Below are positions 1 to 8,368 of a stretch of DNA of 62,155 bases, in pieces. Location: contig JAUYPI010000009.1 of assembly GCA_030697645.1 (NCBI GenBank), positions 1 to 62,155 of the forward strand, in the 5' to 3' direction. The DNA is from a bacterium. Lineage in GTDB: Bacteria > Patescibacteriota > Minisyncoccia > Phycocordibacterales > VMGT01. Made by a program: the position numbers and the translations under genes. Within the stretch, counting starts at the first letter, position 1; each line of letters starts with the position of its first letter. The notes below the pieces were generated by a model. It saw nothing but the letters and a program-made list of their open reading frames with translations, did no database searches and was not told the origin of the DNA.

Positions 1-251
1 TTTTTGAGCGAGACGAGGAAAGTGAGCGAAATGATTCGACGCGTTACTCGAAGTACGACGAGGATCATTTTGCGATACTTTACGAAGTCGCAGCCGAAAA
101 TCAGAAATTGCAGCAGGAAGGGGTTTCGAAAGAAGTCTAATGCGCAACACCGAGTGTTGCACATTGTGTTGCACATTTCGGGCAAGGTCTTGTACAAAAC
201 GTCGCTCCATGAGCGCGATTGTAGCACTGAAAAATACTTCAGCCCAGCCGA

Positions 252-1307
252 ATGCCACGCCACCAAAAAACAACACAGAAGCAATCAAGAAGCATGGGCA
301 TGAGCAAAGGATGGGGTGGCGCATATTCTTTAGTACCTGCTACAATAGCTCTGATGTCTCCAGGCGAAAAACAACCCTTCGAGGAGAGCACGCCGCACTT
401 ACTGCGGCTTGAGATGGACGAACCATCTCATACGCTCCGCGAGATTCCCAATGAGGATCCGGTAGACCGCGCCATACGTGCGATCGAAGCTATCCGCACG
501 AAGGCGCTCGCCCTCCCGCCGCAAAGGCACGATGCGTTCGCAAACGTGCTCGATACAAACGCGGAGCGCATCGTCCGTGAGAGAAGCGAGCGCGAGCGGG
601 CAGTGCGCAATATCACCCAGTTCCTCAACTCCATCCGAGACCCGGAGCGCCTTTCGGCGCGCCGCTCTGCCATTGAAAAACAGCGACCGGACCTCGAAAG
701 CCACCAGCGTCTTGCCGATTGGGAGATGTTTCTCGCCGACCATATCTACTCGAACCCGCATCTATTCCGAGGCGCGCGCGGCGAGTCACGCCTCGGCGCG
801 CTCGACCGCGTGCTTACGAACTCGAAACTCGACATCGCCGGTCGGCCATTCGACCTCTCCGGCATCAAGGGGCTTGCGGGGGCAGTCTCCCTCATCGGCT
901 CAAAAAAGTACGTACCGTTTTTCCCCGACCCTCTGCTCGACGTCCTGCTCAAGGTCGACGCCCTCGGCCACAGAGAAGATACCGACCAACACATTCTTGC
1001 GCAAGTAAAAGCGCGTCGGGGCCTCGCGCCATCCACGCCGATCATAGACACGCCACGGGCATTTTTTGAGCGCCGTGACGTACGAAACAACTTCGACGGC
1101 GAACGCCTCTCGCGCCTCGCAGACGACGCCTTGGTGCTCGAGCTCACTGCCGAGGCACTCAGTAATAACTATCGCGGCAAATTCACACCGCTTCTCATTG
1201 TCATGCCCTCCTTCAATCCCGGCGACAATAATCCAGACTTCGATGCCGAGACCGGTTTGCCAAAGCGAGAAACCTTTGCTAGGATCAACTGGCCCAAAGG
1301 AATCTAA
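252..1307 (+). CDS. hypothetical protein (start uncertain; internal ATGs at 354 and 414)
   Basis: Long ORF with GC-rich third positions. No recognisable motif and no clear SD at any candidate start. Confidence 0.4.
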   Translation: MPRHQKTTQKQSRSMGMSKGWGGAYSLVPATIALMSPGEKQPFEESTPHLLRLEMDEPSHTLREIPNEDPVDRAIRAIEAIRTKALALPPQRHDAFANVLDTNAERIVRERSERERAVRNITQFLNSIRDPERLSARRSAIEKQRPDLESHQRLADWEMFLADHIYSNPHLFRGARGESRLGALDRVLTNSKLDIAGRPFDLSGIKGLAGAVSLIGSKKYVPFFPDPLLDVLLKVDALGHREDTDQHILAQVKARRGLAPSTPIIDTPRAFFERRDVRNNFDGERLSRLADDALVLELTAEALSNNYRGKFTPLLIVMPSFNPGDNNPDFDAETGLPKRETFARINWPKGI

Positions 1308-1328
1308 AGAATAGGGAGGTCAAACGAT

Positions 1329-1532
1329 ATGAACAAGCAGGACAGCCAACCAAACACCGAAGATACCCTCCCGCCGTTTCCCGCGCATCTCGAGCGGCCC
1401 GCGGAGACAAAAAGGGGCCTCACCGAGGATGAAGCCGATAGCGAGCTCAAGGAGGTCGCGCAGGCAATCGAAACTTTTGCGCGCAACGCACCGCCAGAAT
1501 CCGAATTAAAATCCGAGCCAGAAAAAGACTAA
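1329..1532 (+). CDS. small acidic hypothetical protein (67 aa)
   Basis: GGGAGG SD about 8 nt upstream of the ATG. Followed by a strong intrinsic terminator. Confidence 0.5.
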   Translation: MNKQDSQPNTEDTLPPFPAHLERPAETKRGLTEDEADSELKEVAQAIETFARNAPPESELKSEPEKD

Positions 1533-1565
1533 CGCAAGCAATCCGCCGTTCGGCCCACCGATACC

Positions 1566-1599
1566 AAGCGCACGCCCCACCGGCCGTGCGCTTTTTTTT
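1566..1599 (+). terminator. rho-independent terminator
   Basis: Perfect 9-bp stem AAGCGCACG/CGTGCGCTT followed by a T run. Confidence 0.75.
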
Positions 1600-1635
1600 C
1601 CGCAGTGTTCATGCCCAAAACAAAAATCCTTAAAT

Positions 1636-1665
1636 TTGACGACGACTAGTCTACGTGCTTATATT
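1636..1665 (+). promoter_or_regulatory. sigma-70-like promoter candidate
   Basis: TTGACG, 18-nt spacer, TATATT, about 50 nt upstream of the 1716 ORF. Confidence 0.35.
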
Positions 1666-1715
1666 GTGGCAGAGAAAAGGCCCCGCCCGATGGGGTCAAA
1701 AATAAGGAGGCCGTT

Positions 1716-2345
1716 ATGTCGGAAGGTACGTTTGAGGTCGCGCTCATCGGTAAGATTAAGCACAGCAAGCTCTACAAGCTCCTGCGCGAGAAGGGTTGGA
1801 GTCAAGCGGAGCTTGCGCGACAGCTTGGCGTGAGTCAAATGACTGTTTCGAAGTGGATGCTCCTCAAGGGCTATCCACGGAACGAGAACGTGCTGCGCAA
1901 GTTGATGGACCTCACCGGCGAGTCACCGTTTGATTTGTTCCCGCAGTTCATGCGCGAGGACGAGTGGCGAGAGCGCCTCGCAGAACTGCCGCGCGAATGG
2001 GCAGTGATCCGCGAGATCCAAATCAAGCAGCTCATGGGCGGCAAAATACTCGCGCTGCCCTCGGCAGAAGATGAATATGCTGAGCTCGAGTTTGAAGAGC
2101 GTCTCCGGGAGACTCTTAATCTTCAAATCAGCCAGTCCCTCACCCCGCGCGAGGGACAAATTTTAAACATGCGCTTTGGACTAAGTGGAGAACGTGAGCA
2201 CACACTCAGGGAGGTCGGCGACGCAATCGGCATCACACGGAAACGAGTGCACCAGATAGAAATCCGAGCTCTGAGAAAACTGCGCGGTTTCCGTCACGAC
2301 GGGGAAAAGGTGTCGTCGCCCATTGCCAAGCTCCTCGATAGGTGA
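1716..2345 (+). CDS. XRE-type HTH fused to a sigma-70 region 4-like domain (no region 2)
   Basis: AAGGAGG SD. N-terminus has GWSQAELARQLGVSQMTVSKW (XRE HTH). C-terminus has LTPREGQILNMRFGL...TLREVGDAIGITRKRVHQIEIRALRKLR, an RpoD region 4.2-like signature. Confidence 0.75.
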   Translation: MSEGTFEVALIGKIKHSKLYKLLREKGWSQAELARQLGVSQMTVSKWMLLKGYPRNENVLRKLMDLTGESPFDLFPQFMREDEWRERLAELPREWAVIREIQIKQLMGGKILALPSAEDEYAELEFEERLRETLNLQISQSLTPREGQILNMRFGLSGEREHTLREVGDAIGITRKRVHQIEIRALRKLRGFRHDGEKVSSPIAKLLDR

Positions 2346-2375
2346 AACACGCCACAGAGAGATCCGCTGCCCCCG

Positions 2376-2411
2376 TACCCTGACACATCCGTGTCAGGGT
2401 AGCGTTTGTTT
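2376..2411 (+). terminator. hairpin terminator candidate
   Basis: Stem TACCCTGACAC/GTGTCAGGGTA followed by GCGTTTGTTTT. Confidence 0.5.
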
Positions 2412-2487
2412 TAGGACTTACGCGTTTGGCGCATTTCTTTGTTGCCTTCGTCGCTCAAACGCGTAAGTCCTACGTTTGACTTTTTTT
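2412..2487 (+). terminator. second hairpin with T run (possibly bidirectional, between the sigma-like gene and pnp)
   Basis: 17-bp perfect inverted repeat TAGGACTTACGCGTTTG (2412-2428) / CAAACGCGTAAGTCCTA (2456-2472), then a T7 run. Confidence 0.5.
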
Positions 2488-2510
2488 GCAAAATTCTGAA
2501 TTGCGAACCC

Positions 2511-4742
2511 TCACCACCGCCGTCTATCGTCTCGGCGCTCGTCGCGTCCGCGCTGCGGCGGGCGGCGCGAAAAGCCGCCAGGGCCTCCGCGCTGCGCCCC
2601 GCCTCCACTCTCCGGCGGCTCTGGGAGAAAATTAGGATCCGCGTCTTTTATTGAAAGCGAAATTTTTCCGCCCTCCTTCGGCTCCTTCACCATGACCGGC
2701 ACTTCTTGCCCCTCACGGAGCACATCTCGCACGCTCTCGACGCGCCACGGCGCGATCTCCGAGACATGAACCAACCCCTCGCTGTGCGGCCCGATTTTCA
2801 CAAACGCGCCGAAGTCTGCGATGCGCGAGACCGTGCCCTGAAGCCGATCCCCGGGCAGATACTCCCGCGTCATTGACTCTATAATCTCCCGCGCGCGCTG
2901 CGGGCCGTCATTCTTGCCGGTGATAAACACCGACCCGTCGTCCTCGATCTCGATTTCGGTCTTCGTGAGCTCGCGGATTTCGTTGACTACCTTGCCGCCG
3001 GTGCCGATCACGAGCCCGATCTGCTCCGGCTTTATTTTCATCATCTCGATCATCGGCGCGTGCGGCGAAAGTGACGAGCGCGGCGCGGCGAGCTCCGCCG
3101 TAATCGTCTCGAGGATTTTGAGCCGCGCCACGCGCGCCTTCTCGAGTGCCTCGATCAGCACCGAAACAGGAATGCCGTCCACTTTCACGTCCATTTGCAC
3201 CGCAGTCACGCCACGGTTTGTACCCGCGACTTTGAAATCCATGTCCCCGTGCTCATCCTCCGGGCCCTGGATGTCGGTGAGAAGCGCGTAGCGCTCGGGT
3301 GACTCATACATGATGCCCGAGGCGATGCCGGTGACTGGCGCGCGAATCGGCACCCCGCCATCCATCAGGGCAAGTGTCGCTGCAGAAACCGAGCCCATCG
3401 AGGTTGAGCCGTTCGAGCTCATCACCTCCGAGACCACGCGAATGGTGTAGGGAAACGTCTCGCGCGGCGGGATCATAGGGGCGAGCGCCTTCTCCGCGAG
3501 CGCGCCGTGGCCGATCATGCGGCGATTCGCGCCCCCCATGCGCCCGGTCTCACCCGGGGCAAACGGTGGAAAGTTATAGTGATGCACAAAACGCTTTTTC
3601 GTTTGCACCTCCATTCCCTCAATGATGAGCGAGTCTTGTGGGCCCCCCAGAGTGAGCGCCGAGAGCACATGCGTACCGCCGCGGTAGAAAATACCGGTGC
3701 CGTGGAGGAGCGGCGAGACCCCGCCTGCCTGAGCAAAGAGTGGCCTAACCTCGTCGAGGCCGCGGCCATCGGGCCGCCTGCCGCGCTCGATTGCCTCTTT
3801 GTGAATAATCGCATTTACCTGCCCGTCGTAATAGTCACGTACGAGAGCCGGGGCGACGTCAGGTAATCGTTCTGCGACAAGTTTCGTCCACGTCTCGCCA
3901 AGCGCGCTGATTGAGCGCTTGCCTGCTCCGGCAAAGACTGCTCCGTCAAGCCGCGCCGCGATCTCTGCGTCAAACAGTGCCGCGAGAGCAGGAGGCACCT
4001 CGGGCACCCTGAGTACCTGCTTCTCCTTCCCAATCTCGGCGACAATACTCTCCTGCCACGCCTGCAAGCGATCCAGTTCCTCCCGCGCGCGCTCGAGTGC
4101 CTCGCCGAGCGACTCCTCACGCGCCTCGCACGCGCCGACCTCAATCATGTTGATGGAACCATCGCGGCCGCAGGCGACGAGATCGAAGAGGCACGGCAGC
4201 GGCTCCCCGCTGTCCGCCGGTCGCACAATGCCGCGCTCGGAAAACGTCGGATTCACCATAAGCTCACCCTCGTCGCTCCCCTTCCCGATCCGCACCGCGG
4301 CGACCGGCCCGCGCCAGGGGATGCTTGAGGTCGCAAGTGCGAGCGAGGCGGCGTTCACCGCAAGCACGTCAGGGTCGTGCTCGCCGAGCGAGAGGATCAT
4401 GATGATCACCTGAATGTCATTTCTGATGTGGTGGTCAAAGAGCGGCCGAATCGTCCGATCCACCACCCGGCCCGAGAGGATTGCCTCGTCCGACGGCCGC
4501 CCCTCGCGGCGGATGAAGCGGCTGCCGAGAATCTGCCCCGCAGCATAAAACCGCTCCTCGTAGTCCACAGTGAGCGGCAAGTAGTCGAGATTGGTCGGCC
4601 GCGCTGACATCACCGCCGTGGCATGAACCAGTGTGTCGCCATACCGCAGCATCACCGAGCCGTCCGCGAGTTCCGCGAGATCGGAGAAGATTGCCGTGAG
4701 CGTCTTACCGCCGATTTCCACACTAAATTCTCTCTTGTGCAT
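2511..4742 (-). CDS. pnp: polyribonucleotide nucleotidyltransferase (PNPase)
   Basis: Duplicated RNase PH-like core, KH (GLVIGTGGKVVNEIRE) and S1 (GTVSRIADFGAFVKI). Lies downstream of rpsO. ATG at 4742 (MHKREFSVEIGG) preferred over the TTG at 4778. Arg-rich C-terminal tail. Confidence 0.95.
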   Translation of the reverse strand: MHKREFSVEIGGKTLTAIFSDLAELADGSVMLRYGDTLVHATAVMSARPTNLDYLPLTVDYEERFYAAGQILGSRFIRREGRPSDEAILSGRVVDRTIRPLFDHHIRNDIQVIIMILSLGEHDPDVLAVNAASLALATSSIPWRGPVAAVRIGKGSDEGELMVNPTFSERGIVRPADSGEPLPCLFDLVACGRDGSINMIEVGACEAREESLGEALERAREELDRLQAWQESIVAEIGKEKQVLRVPEVPPALAALFDAEIAARLDGAVFAGAGKRSISALGETWTKLVAERLPDVAPALVRDYYDGQVNAIIHKEAIERGRRPDGRGLDEVRPLFAQAGGVSPLLHGTGIFYRGGTHVLSALTLGGPQDSLIIEGMEVQTKKRFVHHYNFPPFAPGETGRMGGANRRMIGHGALAEKALAPMIPPRETFPYTIRVVSEVMSSNGSTSMGSVSAATLALMDGGVPIRAPVTGIASGIMYESPERYALLTDIQGPEDEHGDMDFKVAGTNRGVTAVQMDVKVDGIPVSVLIEALEKARVARLKILETITAELAAPRSSLSPHAPMIEMMKIKPEQIGLVIGTGGKVVNEIRELTKTEIEIEDDGSVFITGKNDGPQRAREIIESMTREYLPGDRLQGTVSRIADFGAFVKIGPHSEGLVHVSEIAPWRVESVRDVLREGQEVPVMVKEPKEGGKISLSIKDADPNFLPEPPESGGGAQRGGPGGFSRRPPQRGRDERRDDRRRW

Positions 4743-4845
4743 GAATACTGCGGCGACCAGATTCCAGACTTGAATCAAGTAGCTAAGAAAGATTCAAATC
4801 AGCTATCTGACAACCGCTACCGAAGACTCTACCATACTACGCAAG

Positions 4846-4874
4846 AATAGCAAAACCCGCCGCACGGCGGCGGG
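4846..4874 (-). terminator. hairpin in the spacer upstream of pnp (terminator or processing site)
   Basis: 7-bp GC stem CCCGCCG/CGGCGGG (4856-4874) followed on the minus strand by GTTTTGCTATT. Confidence 0.45.
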
Positions 4875-5109
4875 CTCAACAAGGTGTTAAGGGACACACG
4901 CCAAAAAACGCCCAGCGGGTGTCCGCAAGGCGTACGTGGGGTCAAAAATTTTCACGTTCGTTTAAGCTCCGAATCGGCGTATACTTTCATTTTAAGCGGG
5001 GGCGTATAGACATGTACGGCACGCGCACGTTTCATCGTGGAATTGTTACCCATGATGTGGATAACGTCTGGTGTCTCAAACAGCATGTCTCCCTTCACGT
5101 GATAAGCGG

Positions 5110-5673
5110 TTATTCGTCACTCTCCCTTACCGCCGAGCCGCCTCCCCTCCCCCGCCGCCGAGCACGCCCACGGCCCAGCACGTAGCGCTCGGGTTTTGTG
5201 GAGAGATCGAGGAAGTCGTCCGCCGACTCACGCAGGCGCTGCGAGGCGGACTTGCCGAACGCGACAACCTCCACCTGGTTTTGATTTGCCTTCAAATACT
5301 CGACAAGCGGCACGAAATCGCCGTCTCCGGAGGCAATGACGATCGTATCGAGCCGCGGCGCAAGTTTGACGATATCAACCGCCATGCCAACGTCCCAGTC
5401 TGCCTTTTTCGATCCGTCAAAAAATATCTGCAAATCCTTCACTTTGGTCTCAATACCGAGCTTCTCAAGCGCCTCGAAAAACGCCCGCTCTTCCCCACTC
5501 TCAGTGCTGATCACGTAGGCAATGGCGCGGATAAGATCCCGCCCGGCAACGGCGTCCTTGAGCACGTTCCCGAAATTGACGCGTGCCTGGTAGAGGTTTT
5601 TGGCGCTGTGGTAGAGATTTTGCGTGTCAATGAATACGCCGACGCGATGATACTTGTACTTTGTCGCTCCCAT
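5110..5673 (-). CDS. NYN/LabA-like domain protein
   Basis: VGVFIDTQNLYHS and VIASGDGDFVPLVEYL motifs. RG-rich C-terminal tail. Sits between rpsO and pnp. Confidence 0.8.
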   Translation of the reverse strand: MGATKYKYHRVGVFIDTQNLYHSAKNLYQARVNFGNVLKDAVAGRDLIRAIAYVISTESGEERAFFEALEKLGIETKVKDLQIFFDGSKKADWDVGMAVDIVKLAPRLDTIVIASGDGDFVPLVEYLKANQNQVEVVAFGKSASQRLRESADDFLDLSTKPERYVLGRGRARRRGRGGGSAVRESDE

Positions 5674-5682
5674 AAGGGAAAA

Positions 5683-5955
5683 TTAACCTTTTTTGATAAG
5701 TCCTATTTTTTTCGCGATCGCCGCATAACGCCTTGGATTCTTCTTCTCGAGATAGGAGAGATGACGACGGCGGTTCGCAACCATCTGGAGGAGGCCCCGG
5801 CGTGAGTGTTGGTCCTTGTTGTGCCGTTTGAGATGTGAGGCCAGTTCTTCAATGCGCTTCGAGAGCACGGCGATCTGCACCTCCGCCGACCCCGTATCTT
5901 GTTCGTGAATTTGGGCCTCTTTGATCACCCTCTGTTTTTTCCGCTTCGTAAGCAT
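5683..5955 (-). CDS. rpsO: 30S ribosomal protein S15
   Basis: 90 aa with HLKRHNKDQHSRRGLLQMVANRRRHLSYL. Confidence 0.95.
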   Translation of the reverse strand: MLTKRKKQRVIKEAQIHEQDTGSAEVQIAVLSKRIEELASHLKRHNKDQHSRRGLLQMVANRRRHLSYLEKKNPRRYAAIAKKIGLIKKG

Positions 5956-6030
5956 GTTCCCATGGTATCACGCCCCGCTATCCACCGCAATGATGTTGTG
6001 CGACGTTACGTGAAAGCGTAAAGTTGCGGC

Positions 6031-6984
6031 ATGCCTAACGCACAAATCCATACGCTCAAACGTCAGTTTCTCGAATACCTCGAGATTGAAAAAGGCCGCA
6101 GTCTGAAGACGGTGCGTAACTACGAGCGCTATCTTGAACGCTTTTTTACTTTTGCGGGCATAGAAAGCCCTGTTCAAATAACAGACGACCTCGTGAGGCG
6201 CTACCGCCTCGCGCTCAATAGGCAACGGGTGCAAAGAGAGAAAACAACAGTAAACGACTCGCACGAAGACGAGGCGGGCACCATAAAGAAAAAAACCCAG
6301 AATTATTATCTCATCGCGCTCCGCGCATTCCTTAAATATCTCCAGCGCATCGACATCGTGTCGCTCTCGGCCGAGCGCATCGAGCTTGCTCGAGTCCCCG
6401 AGCGCGAGCTCGATTTAATCTCCTTTGCCGACCTTGAGCGCCTCCTCCGCTCTCCGGATGGAAGCGACGTCAAGGCGCTCCGCGACCGCGCCCTGCTTGA
6501 ACTCCTCTTCTCAACCGGCCTGCGCGTCTCCGAGCTCTGCGCGCTCAATCACGATCTCGACCTCACGCGCGACACATTTTCCGTGCGCGGCAAGGGAGAA
6601 AAAATCCGTGTCGTCTTCCTCTCTGAGACCGCCCGCATCGCGCTCCGCGCCTACCTCGGAAAGCGAACCGATCTTGCCGAGCCGCTTTTCGTGAGCTTCT
6701 CCCCGGCATCAAAAAATGTCGCTCCGCGCCGTCTCACATCTCGCTCCGTGGAACGCATAGTCAAGCACTTCGCAACAAAATCCGGCATCTCGAAAAAGGT
6801 AACCCCTCATACAATGAGGCATGTTTTTGCGACCGACCTCCTTGAAAACGGTGCCGACATTCGCTCGGTGCAAGCCCTCCTCGGCCACGCGCATCTCGCC
6901 ACCACCCAAATCTATACCCACGTCACCGACACCCACCTGCGGGACGTGCACAAAGCATTCCACGGCAAACGGCGGTCAAGATAA
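6031..6984 (+). CDS. xerC: tyrosine recombinase XerC/XerD family
   Basis: N-terminal SAM-like domain. Catalytic region HTMRHVFATDLLENGADIRSVQALLGHAHLATTQIYTHV (R..HxxR..H..Y). Confidence 0.9.
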   Translation: MPNAQIHTLKRQFLEYLEIEKGRSLKTVRNYERYLERFFTFAGIESPVQITDDLVRRYRLALNRQRVQREKTTVNDSHEDEAGTIKKKTQNYYLIALRAFLKYLQRIDIVSLSAERIELARVPERELDLISFADLERLLRSPDGSDVKALRDRALLELLFSTGLRVSELCALNHDLDLTRDTFSVRGKGEKIRVVFLSETARIALRAYLGKRTDLAEPLFVSFSPASKNVAPRRLTSRSVERIVKHFATKSGISKKVTPHTMRHVFATDLLENGADIRSVQALLGHAHLATTQIYTHVTDTHLRDVHKAFHGKRRSR

Positions 6985-7018
6985 AACCGTGAATTACCTA
7001 AAACCTAGAACCTAAACG

Positions 7019-8119
7019 TCACCTATTCATCGGCATCACGAGGTAGCGGAACGACTGATCGCCGACGCCGGAGAGCACGACCGGTTTTTCGGCACCATTA
7101 AAGCGGAGAATCAAACTGTCTGAATTAATCGCCTGTAGCGGGTCCATAAGGTAGCGGCCGTTGAAGCGCATCGCGACCTCATCGCCCTCGAGCGTCGCCT
7201 GAAGGAGCTCGGTGTGCGCGCCGACGTCGGTATTCTTGGTCTCAACCTCAAACACTCCCTCGACCGGACTAATCCGCATACTCACCTGGTGAAATTGGTC
7301 TGAGAAAATACTCGTTGCCTTGAGCGCATTGAGGAAGTCCTGACGCAGCACCACCACTTCAGTCTGTCTCCCCGTCGGCATAAATTGCTCATAGTCGGGA
7401 AACACGCCGTCAATAAGTCTGCTGGTGAGGTAGATGTCGCCACAGGAAATACTGCACTGATTTTTATCCACCACGAGAACTGCGTCTCCGTCGAGTCCGT
7501 CAAATATACGCACTATGTCCGCCGCGCTCTTTGCGGGAAGGAGAAACGTATCGAACGACATTTCCTTTTTGAGCCGGAGCCGCTTCTCAGCGAGACGAAA
7601 CGCGTCCGTTGCGGCACATACAAGAGAGCCGCCGCTGTATTTGAGAAAAATACTCGCGAGTTCTGGCTTCAATGTTGTGAGCGATGCGCTGTAGGCGACA
7701 GAGCGCAATGCCCGCAGTAAGTCCGCAACAGGAAGCAGGATACTGGAGCCGTCGCGGACTTGCGGCATTACCGGAAACTCCTCATGAGGAACCCTCCTAA
7801 TACGCGCAGTCCTGCCGCCGCCGGAAACCACCAGATCGCCGTCTCCAAGCGAGAATGCAATTCCGCGGTCATCACGGCAGAGTGAGACAAAATTACTGAG
7901 GATCGATCCGGAGACGGCGGCGGTCCCGGGCTTCTCGACGCGCGCCGGAAACCGAATCTCGACTCCAAGATCGAGGTTGCTCGACCGGACGACCACAACA
8001 TCTTTTTCCGCCTCAAGGAGTATGCACGAGAGTATTGGAAGTGTAGCGCTGCGCACGGTCACGCGAGCTGCTCGAGACAGTGCGTCATTTAGTTTGTTTT
8101 GTGTCGTAATAAATTTCAT
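7019..8119 (-). CDS. dnaN: DNA polymerase III beta sliding clamp
   Basis: 366 aa starting MKFITTQNKL and ending LVMPMNR. Position next to dnaA. Confidence 0.95.
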   Translation of the reverse strand: MKFITTQNKLNDALSRAARVTVRSATLPILSCILLEAEKDVVVVRSSNLDLGVEIRFPARVEKPGTAAVSGSILSNFVSLCRDDRGIAFSLGDGDLVVSGGGRTARIRRVPHEEFPVMPQVRDGSSILLPVADLLRALRSVAYSASLTTLKPELASIFLKYSGGSLVCAATDAFRLAEKRLRLKKEMSFDTFLLPAKSAADIVRIFDGLDGDAVLVVDKNQCSISCGDIYLTSRLIDGVFPDYEQFMPTGRQTEVVVLRQDFLNALKATSIFSDQFHQVSMRISPVEGVFEVETKNTDVGAHTELLQATLEGDEVAMRFNGRYLMDPLQAINSDSLILRFNGAEKPVVLSGVGDQSFRYLVMPMNR

Positions 8120-8368
8120 ATATATTCTTTATTGTTATTATTAACCCTGTGGATAGGTGGATAGCAATATTTTACATTGGAAACAAACACTTTAGATGGT
8201 ATGCCATGACTGGTATCGTGTGGAATGTATGGTACTAAATTATAGTATGTAAAAAATCTGAAATTTTTATCCACACACTACGTATACGTACGCCCGTGTA
8301 GTGTACATTTTAAGCACGCAGTTTTCCACAGACTTCTTGTATAACCAGTCTCGTCGCGAAATTTATAT
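8120..8368. promoter_or_regulatory. candidate oriC (DnaA-box cluster plus AT-rich unwinding stretch)
   Basis: Perfect TTATCCACA at 8267-8275. Near-boxes TGTGGATAG 8148-8156, GGTGGATAG 8156-8164, TGTGGAAT 8219-8226, TTTTCCACA 8322-8330. AT-rich run 8111-8145. dnaA-dnaN spacer. Confidence 0.7.

Noticed and set aside
2412-2472. 17-bp perfect inverted repeat considered as a MITE
   Set aside because: It is a single copy in the window, followed by a T run, and lies between convergent genes. A terminator is the simpler reading.
5071-5805. 244-aa plus-strand ORF overlapping the NYN and rpsO genes
   Set aside because: The opposite strand encodes recognisable NYN-domain and S15 sequences.
6031-6984. 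The tyrosine recombinase as an integrase of a mobile element
   Set aside because: It has Xer-type architecture, it sits among core genes next to the origin region, and it has no flanking att-like repeats or cargo.
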